In this document: positions 20,694 to 28,938 of the stretch, piece by piece
Numbering within the stretch: position 1 is the first letter of the stretch
Layout: each line of letters opens with the position of its first letter
Assembly: GCA_963665525.1 (NCBI GenBank)
Contig: OY762280.1
Coordinates: forward strand, 705,451-769,450
Direction of reading: 5' to 3'
From: Bacteroidales bacterium
GTDB taxonomy: Bacteria > Bacteroidota > Bacteroidia > Bacteroidales > UBA12077
DNA length: 64,000 bases
The notes under the pieces: model-generated
What the model saw: only the letters and a program-made list of their open reading frames with translations
The model's database searches: none
Told to the model about the DNA's origin: nothing
Program-made: the position numbers and the translations under genes

Positions 20694-22046
20694 TTAAAAT
20701 GATAAAGTAAAGGTCGTATTTGAATTTTGCTCCGATTGAACAGAAATACTACCTCCATGTAATCGCATAATTTGTTGAGCAAGGCTTAGTCCAATTCCTG
20801 AGCCTTGTTCTTTCGTTGTAAAAAACGGAATAAATATCTGATCCATAATATCTTTTGGAATTCCTGCGCCATTATCGCTAATTTCTAAATGGGGTTTACC
20901 TTTATGATTAATAAATGCTCTTAAGTTAATTTGCCCAGATTTTCCTGAAACTGCATCTACCGAGTTTTTTATCAGATTAATAAAAGTTTGTTCAATGTAT
21001 CTTTTATCAGCATTAATCTCCAGATCAATTGGTAAAATACTGATGTTAAGCTTAATTTCTTTTGTCTCAAGTTTTTCTTTTAACAAGAGTTCCAGGTTAT
21101 AAAAAAGCTCGGCAACTTTAAATCTCTCAAAGTTCATTGTTTTAAGAGAAGAAATACTACGGTAGTTATTTACAAAATCAACCAATCCTTCACCTCGTTT
21201 AGTTATGATGTGTAGACCTTCGGTTGTTTTTGAAATGATATGATCTGTAATTTCGGTTTTTGTGATAGCCCTGTTTTGTTCTTTTATAAAAAGCTTTTCT
21301 AATGAATTGGATAAAGAGGTAATAGGAGATATGGTATTGTTAATTTCGTGTGTTAGTATTCGAATTAATTTATGCCACGATTCGATTTCTTTTTCACTAA
21401 GTTCTGTTTCTATATTTTGAAACGAAACTAGTTTTAACTGATCATTCTTGATTTTAAATTCTGAAATTTTTATGGACAGTGGTAATGCTTTTGTTTGGCC
21501 TTTAATCATCATTGATTTCTCATCTCCAGAATGACTGTTCTTTAAAAAATGATAGAAATTAGGATGAATATTTTCAATTTCTTCAATCTGGTGTATCTTT
21601 TTTATATTAAGAAGCTCGGTAGCACTTTTATTAATTAAATCAACATGACCCGAACTATTAATTGTAATAATTCCTGTTTGTGCATGCTCTATAACCGTTT
21701 TATAATATGACTGTTGGATTTCTTTTAATTCGGTTATATTAAATAACTGATCTCTGATATAGTTAATATTATTTTGAAATTCTTGATTGATATAAGGAAA
21801 TACTTTATCGTGAAATGCAAACGAAGCATCTTGAGTTTTTAGTGCAGCAAAAAAGTTTACAATTTCGCGGTTAAAACGATTGATATATTTTAAAAGCAAA
21901 CCAATTTGCACGATTAGTAAAGCGATCAGGCTGAGTACTGTAAAAAGTTTTTCTGGATTACGAAAAAACGGAACAATGCTAATGCATGTTACAAGGATGA
22001 GAATTATCCTTACCAGTATGTTGATATAAAAATTTTTACTTAACAC
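20694..22046 (-). CDS. Sensor histidine kinase (module 2), short-loop 2-TM type
   Basis: 450 aa with a GTG start. TM1 NILVRIILILVTCISIVPFF, loop RNPEKLFT, TM2 VLSLIALLIVQIGLLLKYI. H-box ILTHEINNTISPI, G-boxes ISDNGAGIP and GSGIGLSLAQQIMRLHGG. Confidence 0.9.
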   Translation of the reverse strand: MLSKNFYINILVRIILILVTCISIVPFFRNPEKLFTVLSLIALLIVQIGLLLKYINRFNREIVNFFAALKTQDASFAFHDKVFPYINQEFQNNINYIRDQLFNITELKEIQQSYYKTVIEHAQTGIITINSSGHVDLINKSATELLNIKKIHQIEEIENIHPNFYHFLKNSHSGDEKSMMIKGQTKALPLSIKISEFKIKNDQLKLVSFQNIETELSEKEIESWHKLIRILTHEINNTISPITSLSNSLEKLFIKEQNRAITKTEITDHIISKTTEGLHIITKRGEGLVDFVNNYRSISSLKTMNFERFKVAELFYNLELLLKEKLETKEIKLNISILPIDLEINADKRYIEQTFINLIKNSVDAVSGKSGQINLRAFINHKGKPHLEISDNGAGIPKDIMDQIFIPFFTTKEQGSGIGLSLAQQIMRLHGGSISVQSEQNSNTTFTLSF

Positions 22047-22048
22047 GA

Positions 22049-23410
22049 TTATAAATTGTATTTTTTAATCTTATTATATAATGTTTGACGTGTTAATCCT
22101 AATTCTTTGGCAGCATCTATCATCTTACCGGAATTATTAGCTAAAGCTCTTTGTATAGCTGTTTTTTCAATTTCTTCAAATTTTAACGGCCATTCCGATG
22201 ATGTTTGCACAGATTTAAGCATAAAATCGCTGGGCTGTAATGTATTGCCAGCACACAAGATAACTGCTTTTTCTATCGTATGCTTAAGTTCGCGGATATT
22301 GCCAGGCCAAGCGTAGGATTGCAATGTATTTATTGCATTATGACTTAATTTCAAGAAAGGCTTTTCGTATTTTGTTGTGAATATCTTTAAATAATATTCG
22401 GCGATTGGAATTATATCATCTTCTCTTTGTCGTAGTGGTGGAAGTTCAATTTGTAACGTATTTATTCGATAATATAAATCTTCACGAAATAAACCTTCCT
22501 GAATGAGCTTGTCAAGATTCTTATTAGTTGCTGAAATTAATCTTACATCAATTTCTGTTGATGAGTTGCTTCCTATTGGAGTTATAGTTTTATTTTGCAG
22601 AGCAGTTAGCATTTTGGCTTGTAGTGAGGTAGGGATATTCCCAATTTCGTCTAAGAATAAAGTGCCTTTATTGGCAATTTCAAATCTGCCTGTACGGTCT
22701 TCTTTTGCATCGGTAAAAGATCCTTTTTTATGTCCAAAGAGCTCACTTTCAAATAATGTTTCAGGAATAGATCCTAAATCTATGCCTATCATAGGGTTAG
22801 ATTTTCGCTTCGATTTTCTATGGATTTCTTTGGCGATAAGTTCTTTACCTGTTCCGTTCTCGCCCAGTATAAGAACATTTACTTCGGTTCCTGCAACTTT
22901 CTCAATCAGATCAAAAACCTCTTTCATTTTAGATGAGAATCCAATGATCTTTTCGGTGGGTTTATTTATTTCATTGCTTAATGTATCTTTTTCTTTCGAA
23001 AGTTTCTTAATCTCTAGTTGCGATTCCCTGATCTTTAAAGCAGACCTTAAGGTGCTTATTAGTTTTTCGTTATTCCATGGTTTGATTACAAAATCAGTAG
23101 CTCCTTCTTTAATGGCTTTAACTGCTAAATCAACATCTCCATAAGCTGTTATGAAAATTACAATCGCATTTTCGTCTGCTTTAAGTATTTCATGTAACCA
23201 AAATATTCCTTCATTTCCGGTATTTAATCCTGCCGAGAAATTCATATCAAGAAGAATAACATCATACTCTTCTTTTTTGTATTCAGATAAAAGAGAATTG
23301 GGATTAGATATTGTTTTGACGACCTCAAATTCGTTATCTAATAATATTTTTAATGAACGTAAGATGTTTTTATCATCATCTACAATTAATATCTTACCTT
23401 TAGATAGCAT
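22049..23410 (-). CDS. Sigma-54-dependent response regulator (NtrC family), module 2
   Basis: 453 aa. Receiver (ILIVDDD...VILLDMNF), GENGTGKE, GSFTDA, LFLDEIG, HTH LGLTRQTLYNKIKKYNL. Confidence 0.9.
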   Translation of the reverse strand: MLSKGKILIVDDDKNILRSLKILLDNEFEVVKTISNPNSLLSEYKKEEYDVILLDMNFSAGLNTGNEGIFWLHEILKADENAIVIFITAYGDVDLAVKAIKEGATDFVIKPWNNEKLISTLRSALKIRESQLEIKKLSKEKDTLSNEINKPTEKIIGFSSKMKEVFDLIEKVAGTEVNVLILGENGTGKELIAKEIHRKSKRKSNPMIGIDLGSIPETLFESELFGHKKGSFTDAKEDRTGRFEIANKGTLFLDEIGNIPTSLQAKMLTALQNKTITPIGSNSSTEIDVRLISATNKNLDKLIQEGLFREDLYYRINTLQIELPPLRQREDDIIPIAEYYLKIFTTKYEKPFLKLSHNAINTLQSYAWPGNIRELKHTIEKAVILCAGNTLQPSDFMLKSVQTSSEWPLKFEEIEKTAIQRALANNSGKMIDAAKELGLTRQTLYNKIKKYNL

Positions 23411-23455
23411 TATATACTTAAAAATTGAATTGAACGTAAAATAAATTTACCTAAA

Positions 23456-23472
23456 TGTAAAAATATTTTACA
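23456..23472. promoter_or_regulatory. Inverted repeat TGTAAAA-ATA-TTTTACA (TGT-N11-ACA) in divergent region 2
   Basis: 7-nt perfect arms with a 3-nt spacer, about 65 nt upstream of the candidate -24/-12 element at 23537. Confidence 0.35.
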
Positions 23473-23536
23473 TTTTAAAAAAGTTTAATTAATTGAGTGA
23501 GGTTTAAAGCGCAGATTATCAATGAATAAATTATGT

Positions 23537-23553
23537 TGGCATTTTTATTGGCA
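23537..23553 (+). promoter_or_regulatory. Candidate sigma-54 -24/-12-like element upstream of FtsX permease 2
   Basis: TGGCATTTTTATTGGCA, 52 nt before the ATG. TGGCA is at -24. TTGGC stands in place of TTGC, so the GC is offset by 1 nt. Confidence 0.35.
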
Positions 23554-23588
23554 TATTGAGTAAAAATGTTAAATAAAAATTCAAAATT

Positions 23589-26006
23589 ATGTTACGCAAT
23601 TTTTTTAAAGTATCTATACGGAATCTAATTCGAAATAAGACCTACTCATTGATTAATATTCTGGGGTTATCAATTGGTATGGCCTGTAGTATCTTGATTT
23701 TTCTCTTCATCATGGATGAATTGAGCTATGATCGTTATCACGAAAAGTCAGATCAAATTTATAGAGTAGGTGTTGACGCAATGTTGCAGGGCAATGAAAT
23801 GAAAGCTTTTGTTACAGGCGCACCAGTGGGAAGAACCTTTGTAAATGAAATTCCGGAGTTTATTAATTCAGCCAGGGTAGTTCGGTTCGAAGATGTTACT
23901 ATTAAAACTGGTGATAAAAAGTTTACTGAAAATAATGCGTTTTTTGTTGATAGTACTTTTTTTGACATGTTTACTGTAGAATTTATTAGTGGGAATTCAG
24001 ATAAGGTACTAAATATGCCCCATACAATATTACTTACAGAATCGACAGCTAAAAAATATCTTGGAAGTGATGATGTTGTTGGGAAATCAATGAATATTGA
24101 GAACGAGGAATATCTTATTCAAGGAATAATTAAAGATTGTCCTGTAAACTCACATTTTCATTATAATATTCTGGTTTCTGCAGTAAGTGCTCCGTTTGCA
24201 AATTTTGAAACCTGGATGTCGAATGATTTTTCATATAACTATGTTTTGCTTGAGAAAGGAGCGGATAGTGAAAAGTTAACCGAGAAAATGTATGAAGTCT
24301 CTATGAAATATATAGGACCTGAGATAGAAGCAGTTTTTGGGACTTCTGCAGATAATTTAATAAATGTAGATGGTAATAGTTATGAATACGTATTGCAGCC
24401 CATAACCGACATCCATTTAAAATCGCATACTACATATGAAATAGAGCCAAACTCCAATATAGTTTACGTTTATACTTTTTCAATCATTGCAATATTTATT
24501 TTGTTTGTTGCTATTATAAACTTTATGAATCTTTCAACAGCACGTTCGGCAACAAGAGCTAAAGAGGTTGGTATTCGAAAAGTAGTTGGAGCCTTTAGGA
24601 TGAGTTTATTTAAACAGTTTCTTTTTGAGTCTATTGTTATGAGTGTTATTTCATTAATAATAGCTATGATTATTATTGAATCTGTGTTGTCTGTTTTCAA
24701 TAGTTTTACTTTAAAAGAATTAACCATCGGATATTTTTCAAACTTATACGTTTTACCTGCTCTTCTTTTATTGGCAATTGTTGTTGGTGTATTGTCAGGA
24801 TTATATTCTGCCAGCTATTTATCGTCAACAAAAATTCTGAATGTTATTAAGGGTAAAATTTTGTCTGGAAATACACACAGTTGGTTTAGAAGTTTCTTGG
24901 TGGTTTTTCAGTTTTCGGTTTCTATAGCTTTATTCATTTGTACTTTTATAATTTATAATCAGCTAAATCTTTTAAGAAATAAAGATGTTGGATTTAATAA
25001 AAAGAATATTGTTGTAATTGAAAATATGGGTGAATTAGGGAACTCGTATCAATCCTTTAAAGACGAATTAGAAGCTAATCCGATTGTTAGAAGTATAAGC
25101 ACTTCTAGTTCATTGCCGGCAAGAAGTATTGGAGGATTGCCATTGGCAATTGAAGGGGATGCTTCGAATAAAGTGTATGCGCCTAGGTTATTTGCTGTTG
25201 AAAACAGTTTTATGGAGTCATATGAACTTAAATTAAAAGAAGGAAGATTTTTTTCAGATGATTTAGCAAGTGATTCATTCGCTATTGTTCTTAACGAGGC
25301 TGCTGTTAAAGAGTTTGAATTGGAAGATCCTGTGGGTAAAAGACTGGTGACGAAATTTTATGGTCATGTTTTTCGTTGGAATATTATCGGAGTTGTTGAA
25401 GATTTTAATTACAGATCTTTTCACGATGATATTGATGGAGTTGTTTTAACATCGTTTGCAGTTAGTGTTCCAAGCTTGATATCAATTAAGCTTAATACTG
25501 AAATCAATGAAAGTTCATTAAAAACCATCAATAAAGTATGGGATAGTTTTGCAGAAGGAACCCCTATGGATTATTATATTATGGAAGATGATTTTGATAA
25601 TCTTCATAGCGAAGAGTTCAGAACCGGTGATATATTTGTTGTTTTTTCTATTCTGGCAATATTTATAGCATGTTTAGGATTGTTTGGTTTAGCTTCTTTT
25701 ATGGCAGAAAATAAAACCAAAGAGATAGGTATAAGAAAAGCACTGGGAGCATCAACTCGAAAAGTGGTAAGTATTTTAATCGTACAATTTACAAAATGGG
25801 TATTATGGGCAAATGTAATAGCTTGGCCTGTTGCCTATTTGTTTATGAATAATTGGTTGCAAAATTTTGAATATCGAGTAAAAATCCAATGGTGGGTGTT
25901 TATTGTATCAGCTATTTTGGGATTCTTTATTGCTATAACTACTGTTAGTTTCCAAGCTCTAAAAGCAGCAAGGGCAAATCCTGTGAATAGTTTAAGATAT
26001 GAGTAA
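23589..26006 (+). CDS. MacB/FtsX-family permease 2, double FtsX module, no ATPase domain
   Basis: 805 aa. N-terminus FFKVSIRNLIRNKTYSLINILGLSIGMACSILIFLFIMDELSYDRYH, two TM1-loop-3TM halves, C-terminus NPVNSLRYE. Confidence 0.85.
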   Translation: MLRNFFKVSIRNLIRNKTYSLINILGLSIGMACSILIFLFIMDELSYDRYHEKSDQIYRVGVDAMLQGNEMKAFVTGAPVGRTFVNEIPEFINSARVVRFEDVTIKTGDKKFTENNAFFVDSTFFDMFTVEFISGNSDKVLNMPHTILLTESTAKKYLGSDDVVGKSMNIENEEYLIQGIIKDCPVNSHFHYNILVSAVSAPFANFETWMSNDFSYNYVLLEKGADSEKLTEKMYEVSMKYIGPEIEAVFGTSADNLINVDGNSYEYVLQPITDIHLKSHTTYEIEPNSNIVYVYTFSIIAIFILFVAIINFMNLSTARSATRAKEVGIRKVVGAFRMSLFKQFLFESIVMSVISLIIAMIIIESVLSVFNSFTLKELTIGYFSNLYVLPALLLLAIVVGVLSGLYSASYLSSTKILNVIKGKILSGNTHSWFRSFLVVFQFSVSIALFICTFIIYNQLNLLRNKDVGFNKKNIVVIENMGELGNSYQSFKDELEANPIVRSISTSSSLPARSIGGLPLAIEGDASNKVYAPRLFAVENSFMESYELKLKEGRFFSDDLASDSFAIVLNEAAVKEFELEDPVGKRLVTKFYGHVFRWNIIGVVEDFNYRSFHDDIDGVVLTSFAVSVPSLISIKLNTEINESSLKTINKVWDSFAEGTPMDYYIMEDDFDNLHSEEFRTGDIFVVFSILAIFIACLGLFGLASFMAENKTKEIGIRKALGASTRKVVSILIVQFTKWVLWANVIAWPVAYLFMNNWLQNFEYRVKIQWWVFIVSAILGFFIAITTVSFQALKAARANPVNSLRYE

Positions 26007-27371
26007 TTAAAACGATAAAATAAAAGTTGTAGTGTAATTAGAATCGGAAGAAGATACAACATAGATATTACCATTGTGTAATCGCATAATTTGACGAGCA
26101 AGGCTTAACCCTATTCCGGAGCCTTGCTCTTTTGTTGTAAAAAATGGCATAAAAATTTCGTCGATAATTTCCTGGTTAATCCCTTTCCCGTTATCACTGA
26201 TTGTAATTAGTAATTGATTATTTTTATCTTTTGTTGAACTCATCTTTATCGAATTGGCATCTGCTTCAAGCGCATTTTTAATTAGATTAATAATGATTTG
26301 TTCTATTTGATTTTTATCAATAAGAATGTGCTCCGTTAAATGATCTTCAGGTATCTTAAATTCAATTTTTTTATTTTCGAATTCGTTTTTCCAGAATGAT
26401 TTTATGTTTTCAAATAAATCTTTAATGATGATCTTTTCAAAGTTAGGTTTTGGTAATTTTGAAATTGATCTGAATTTATCGACAAATTGTTGCAATCCAA
26501 TATTCCTTTCTTTTACTATCTTTAATCCTGATGAAATATCACTGATGATCTCGTTATTTAAATGATCTATCTGAACTATTTGGTTATTGTCAGGGTTGGT
26601 GATTAACTCATTTAAAGTATCTATGGTTGATGAAATAGGCCCGATAGAGTTCATTATTTCGTGACGCAGAGTATGCACCAGTTTTTGCCACGATTCCAGT
26701 TCTTTTTCATCTAATTCATTTTTAATATCATGTATAGAAACAATTCTTAATTTCTCATCTTGGGTTTTAAAATCTGCCGAACGAAGTATTAATTGCAGCA
26801 ACTCTTTGTTCGCATTATTCGAAAGTGTAATTTTAATTAATTTGTGTTCTGTAGGAGAAAGTGTTTTTAAAATCTCTGCAAAATTAGGGTGAAAAACATT
26901 GAGTTCTTTAATATTTACAATATTGTTAAGCTTGAATAGATCTTTTAAAGCTTTATTAGCAAGTTTTACACTTCCTTTTTCATTAAAACTTAACAAACCA
27001 ACATTGGCTAATTCTGTTATGGTTTGGAAGTACTGATTTTCGCGAGCGCTTTTTTCTTTCAGTTTTAATATTTGATTATTTACAGTTTGTAATCTTCGAC
27101 TGAGTCGCATATAATTTATATGCTGAAACTCATTGGTTAATAAAATTGAAGAATCATCGTATTTGAGTGAATCAAAAAAAGCAATTAAATCACGATTTAG
27201 GTAATTTAATCTTCTAATTAGCAATATAACCTGTATGATTAATGCTCCAACTATATTTATATTGATAATAATATCTTGAAACTTTTTATGAGCAAATGGT
27301 AGTAAAAAGCAAGTTGCAGCAATTAATATAACTCTGATAATAATATTATAATAAAGGTTTTTAAATATCAT
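26007..27371 (-). CDS. Sensor histidine kinase (module 3), short-loop 2-TM type
   Basis: The ORF track extends to 27407. I prefer the Met at 27371 (MIFKNLYYNIIIRVIL), which aligns with the HK4 start MIYKRFYFNIIIRIIL and recreates the 11-nt ATG...TAA overlap seen in modules 1 and 4. H-box TLRHEIMNSIGPI, G-boxes ISDNGKGI and GSGIGLSLARQIMRLHNG. Confidence 0.85.
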   Translation of the reverse strand: MIFKNLYYNIIIRVILIAATCFLLPFAHKKFQDIIININIVGALIIQVILLIRRLNYLNRDLIAFFDSLKYDDSSILLTNEFQHINYMRLSRRLQTVNNQILKLKEKSARENQYFQTITELANVGLLSFNEKGSVKLANKALKDLFKLNNIVNIKELNVFHPNFAEILKTLSPTEHKLIKITLSNNANKELLQLILRSADFKTQDEKLRIVSIHDIKNELDEKELESWQKLVHTLRHEIMNSIGPISSTIDTLNELITNPDNNQIVQIDHLNNEIISDISSGLKIVKERNIGLQQFVDKFRSISKLPKPNFEKIIIKDLFENIKSFWKNEFENKKIEFKIPEDHLTEHILIDKNQIEQIIINLIKNALEADANSIKMSSTKDKNNQLLITISDNGKGINQEIIDEIFMPFFTTKEQGSGIGLSLARQIMRLHNGNIYVVSSSDSNYTTTFILSF

Positions 27372-28734
27372 ATCTCTCAATTTTTCTGTATAAAGTCTGA
27401 CGACCAATATTTAATTCTTTCGCTGTTTCACTTATGTTCCAGTTATTTCTCTGGAGTGCATTTCTTATAATGATTTTTTCTCCATCTTCGAGCGAAATAA
27501 CTTTGTTAAGCTCATCACTCGTTGATACCTGTTTTTCGAAAAAGAAATCTTCAGTAGTTAATGTGTTTTCATTACATAGAATAACTCCTTTTTCTATGGT
27601 ATGTCTTAACTCGCGAATGTTTCCTGGCCATGAGTAAGTAATTATTTTTTCAATGGCTTTATTATTGATTTTTAGTCCTGGTTTATTATATCTTTTTGAA
27701 AATAAATCTAAAAAATGATTGGTAAGAATAAGAATATCTTCTTTTCTTTCCCTTAGTGGTGGTAGATATATTTGAATGGTATTAATTCGATATAACAAAT
27801 CTTCTCTGAAAAGATTTTCTACAATTAATTGATCTATATTTTTATTTGTAGCTGATATGAGCCTAACGTCGAGAGGTATTTTTGTATTAGAACCAACTTT
27901 AGAAATTTCTTTATTTTGTAATGCAGTTAAAAGTTTGGCTTGCATCGAAAATGATAGATTACCTATTTCGTCTAGAAATAGGGTTCCGCCCGAAGCTGCT
28001 TCAAATTTACCTGTTCTATCTTCTTTGGCATCAGTAAAAGCACCTTTGCAATGGCCAAAAAGCTCACTTTCAAAAAGAGTTTCTGTTAGCGAAGCCATGT
28101 CGATATTCATAAAAATCTCATTATTTCTTGACGAGAGCTGATGAATTCTTCTGGCTATAAGTTCTTTTCCTGTACCATTTTCTCCTAAAATTAAAACATT
28201 TGCATTGGTTTTGGCAACTTTGCTTACAGTACTTAAAACCTTATCCATTGCCGTTGAATTTCCTATTATAAAATCAAAATCCTGATTAATATTTTGTTTT
28301 AGGATGTGCTCTTTATTTTCAAGTTCTTTTACTTTTAATTTTGATTTCCGTAACTCAAAAGCTGCATTTAAAGTTGCCAGTAGTTTTTGATTATTCCATG
28401 GCTTTTCAATAAAATCAAATCCACCATTTTTTATGGCTTTTACGGCTAGTTCTGTATCTGCATATGCAGTTATTAAAATTGTTATGATTTCAGGATCTAT
28501 TCTTGAGATTTCATTTAACCAAAACAAGCCTTCGTTACCTGTATTTATTCCTGCTGAAAAATTCATATCCAGAAGAACAATATCAACATGATTTGATCTA
28601 ATGGTATGTTGAAGATTGCTAGGATTACTAATTGTTAAAACTTCGGTAAACTTGTATTTTAAAAATAATTTAAGTGAATTAAGAACACTTTGATTATCAT
28701 CCACAATAAGTATGGTTCCTTCTCTAATATCCAT
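27361..28734 (-). CDS. Sigma-54-dependent response regulator (NtrC family), module 3
   Basis: 457 aa. ILIVDDN...IVLLDMNF, GENGTGKE, GAFTDA, LFLDEIG, HTH LNIGRQTLYRKIERYDI. Confidence 0.9.
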   Translation of the reverse strand: MDIREGTILIVDDNQSVLNSLKLFLKYKFTEVLTISNPSNLQHTIRSNHVDIVLLDMNFSAGINTGNEGLFWLNEISRIDPEIITILITAYADTELAVKAIKNGGFDFIEKPWNNQKLLATLNAAFELRKSKLKVKELENKEHILKQNINQDFDFIIGNSTAMDKVLSTVSKVAKTNANVLILGENGTGKELIARRIHQLSSRNNEIFMNIDMASLTETLFESELFGHCKGAFTDAKEDRTGKFEAASGGTLFLDEIGNLSFSMQAKLLTALQNKEISKVGSNTKIPLDVRLISATNKNIDQLIVENLFREDLLYRINTIQIYLPPLRERKEDILILTNHFLDLFSKRYNKPGLKINNKAIEKIITYSWPGNIRELRHTIEKGVILCNENTLTTEDFFFEKQVSTSDELNKVISLEDGEKIIIRNALQRNNWNISETAKELNIGRQTLYRKIERYDI

Positions 28735-28753
28735 AATAAATACTTTTGTAAAT

Positions 28754-28761
28754 CAAAGCTA
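28754..28761 (-). promoter_or_regulatory. Bacteroidota-type -7 box (TAnnTTTG) with -33 TTTG for the RR3-HK3 operon
   Basis: Minus strand reads TAGCTTTG, 20 nt upstream of the RR3 ATG. A TTTG lies 19 nt further upstream (plus-strand CAAA at 28781-28784). Confidence 0.45.
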
Positions 28762-28790
28762 TTGTTTATTTTCATTGATTCAAAATATGT

Positions 28791-28807
28791 TGTATGATTT
28801 TGGAACA
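28791..28807. promoter_or_regulatory. TGT-N11-ACA dyad in divergent region 3
   Basis: TGTATGATTTTGGAACA. It overlaps a direct repeat ATGATTTTGGA (28794-28804 and 28816-28826). Confidence 0.3.
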
Positions 28808-28893
28808 CTTGGTGGATGATTTTGGATCATAGTATGTAAAAGATTAAATTTAAAAATTCATTAAGTAATTGATTGTAAGCTTGAAAAAGTTTT

Positions 28894-28910
28894 TGGTATA
28901 AGATTAGATT
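28894..28910 (+). promoter_or_regulatory. Candidate sigma-54 -24/-12-like element upstream of FtsX permease 3
   Basis: TGGTATAAGATTAGATT, 45 nt before the ATG. GG is present at -24, but the -12 box is weak. Confidence 0.25.
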
Positions 28911-28938
28911 TAATCATCTAAACCGAAAATTACTAGTT

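Noticed and set aside
22503-23144. A 213-aa ORF antisense to RR2, with shorter counterparts antisense to RR1 (17365-17559), RR3 (27857-28141) and RR4 (33136-33432). They share similar peptide strings (PISSKN(K/R)VP...).
   Set aside because: They lie opposite the most conserved AAA+ core of the regulators. Their conservation is simply the mirror of sense-strand conservation. The compositions are Ser/Pro/Leu-rich and unlike real proteins, and they have no independent start context. These are shadow ORFs.
27372-27407. The longer N-terminal extension of HK3 given by the ORF track (MVVRLYTEKLRD...).
   Set aside because: The extension has no counterpart in HK1, HK2 or HK4. The internal Met at 27371 restores both the paralog alignment and the conserved 11-nt overlap with the RR stop.
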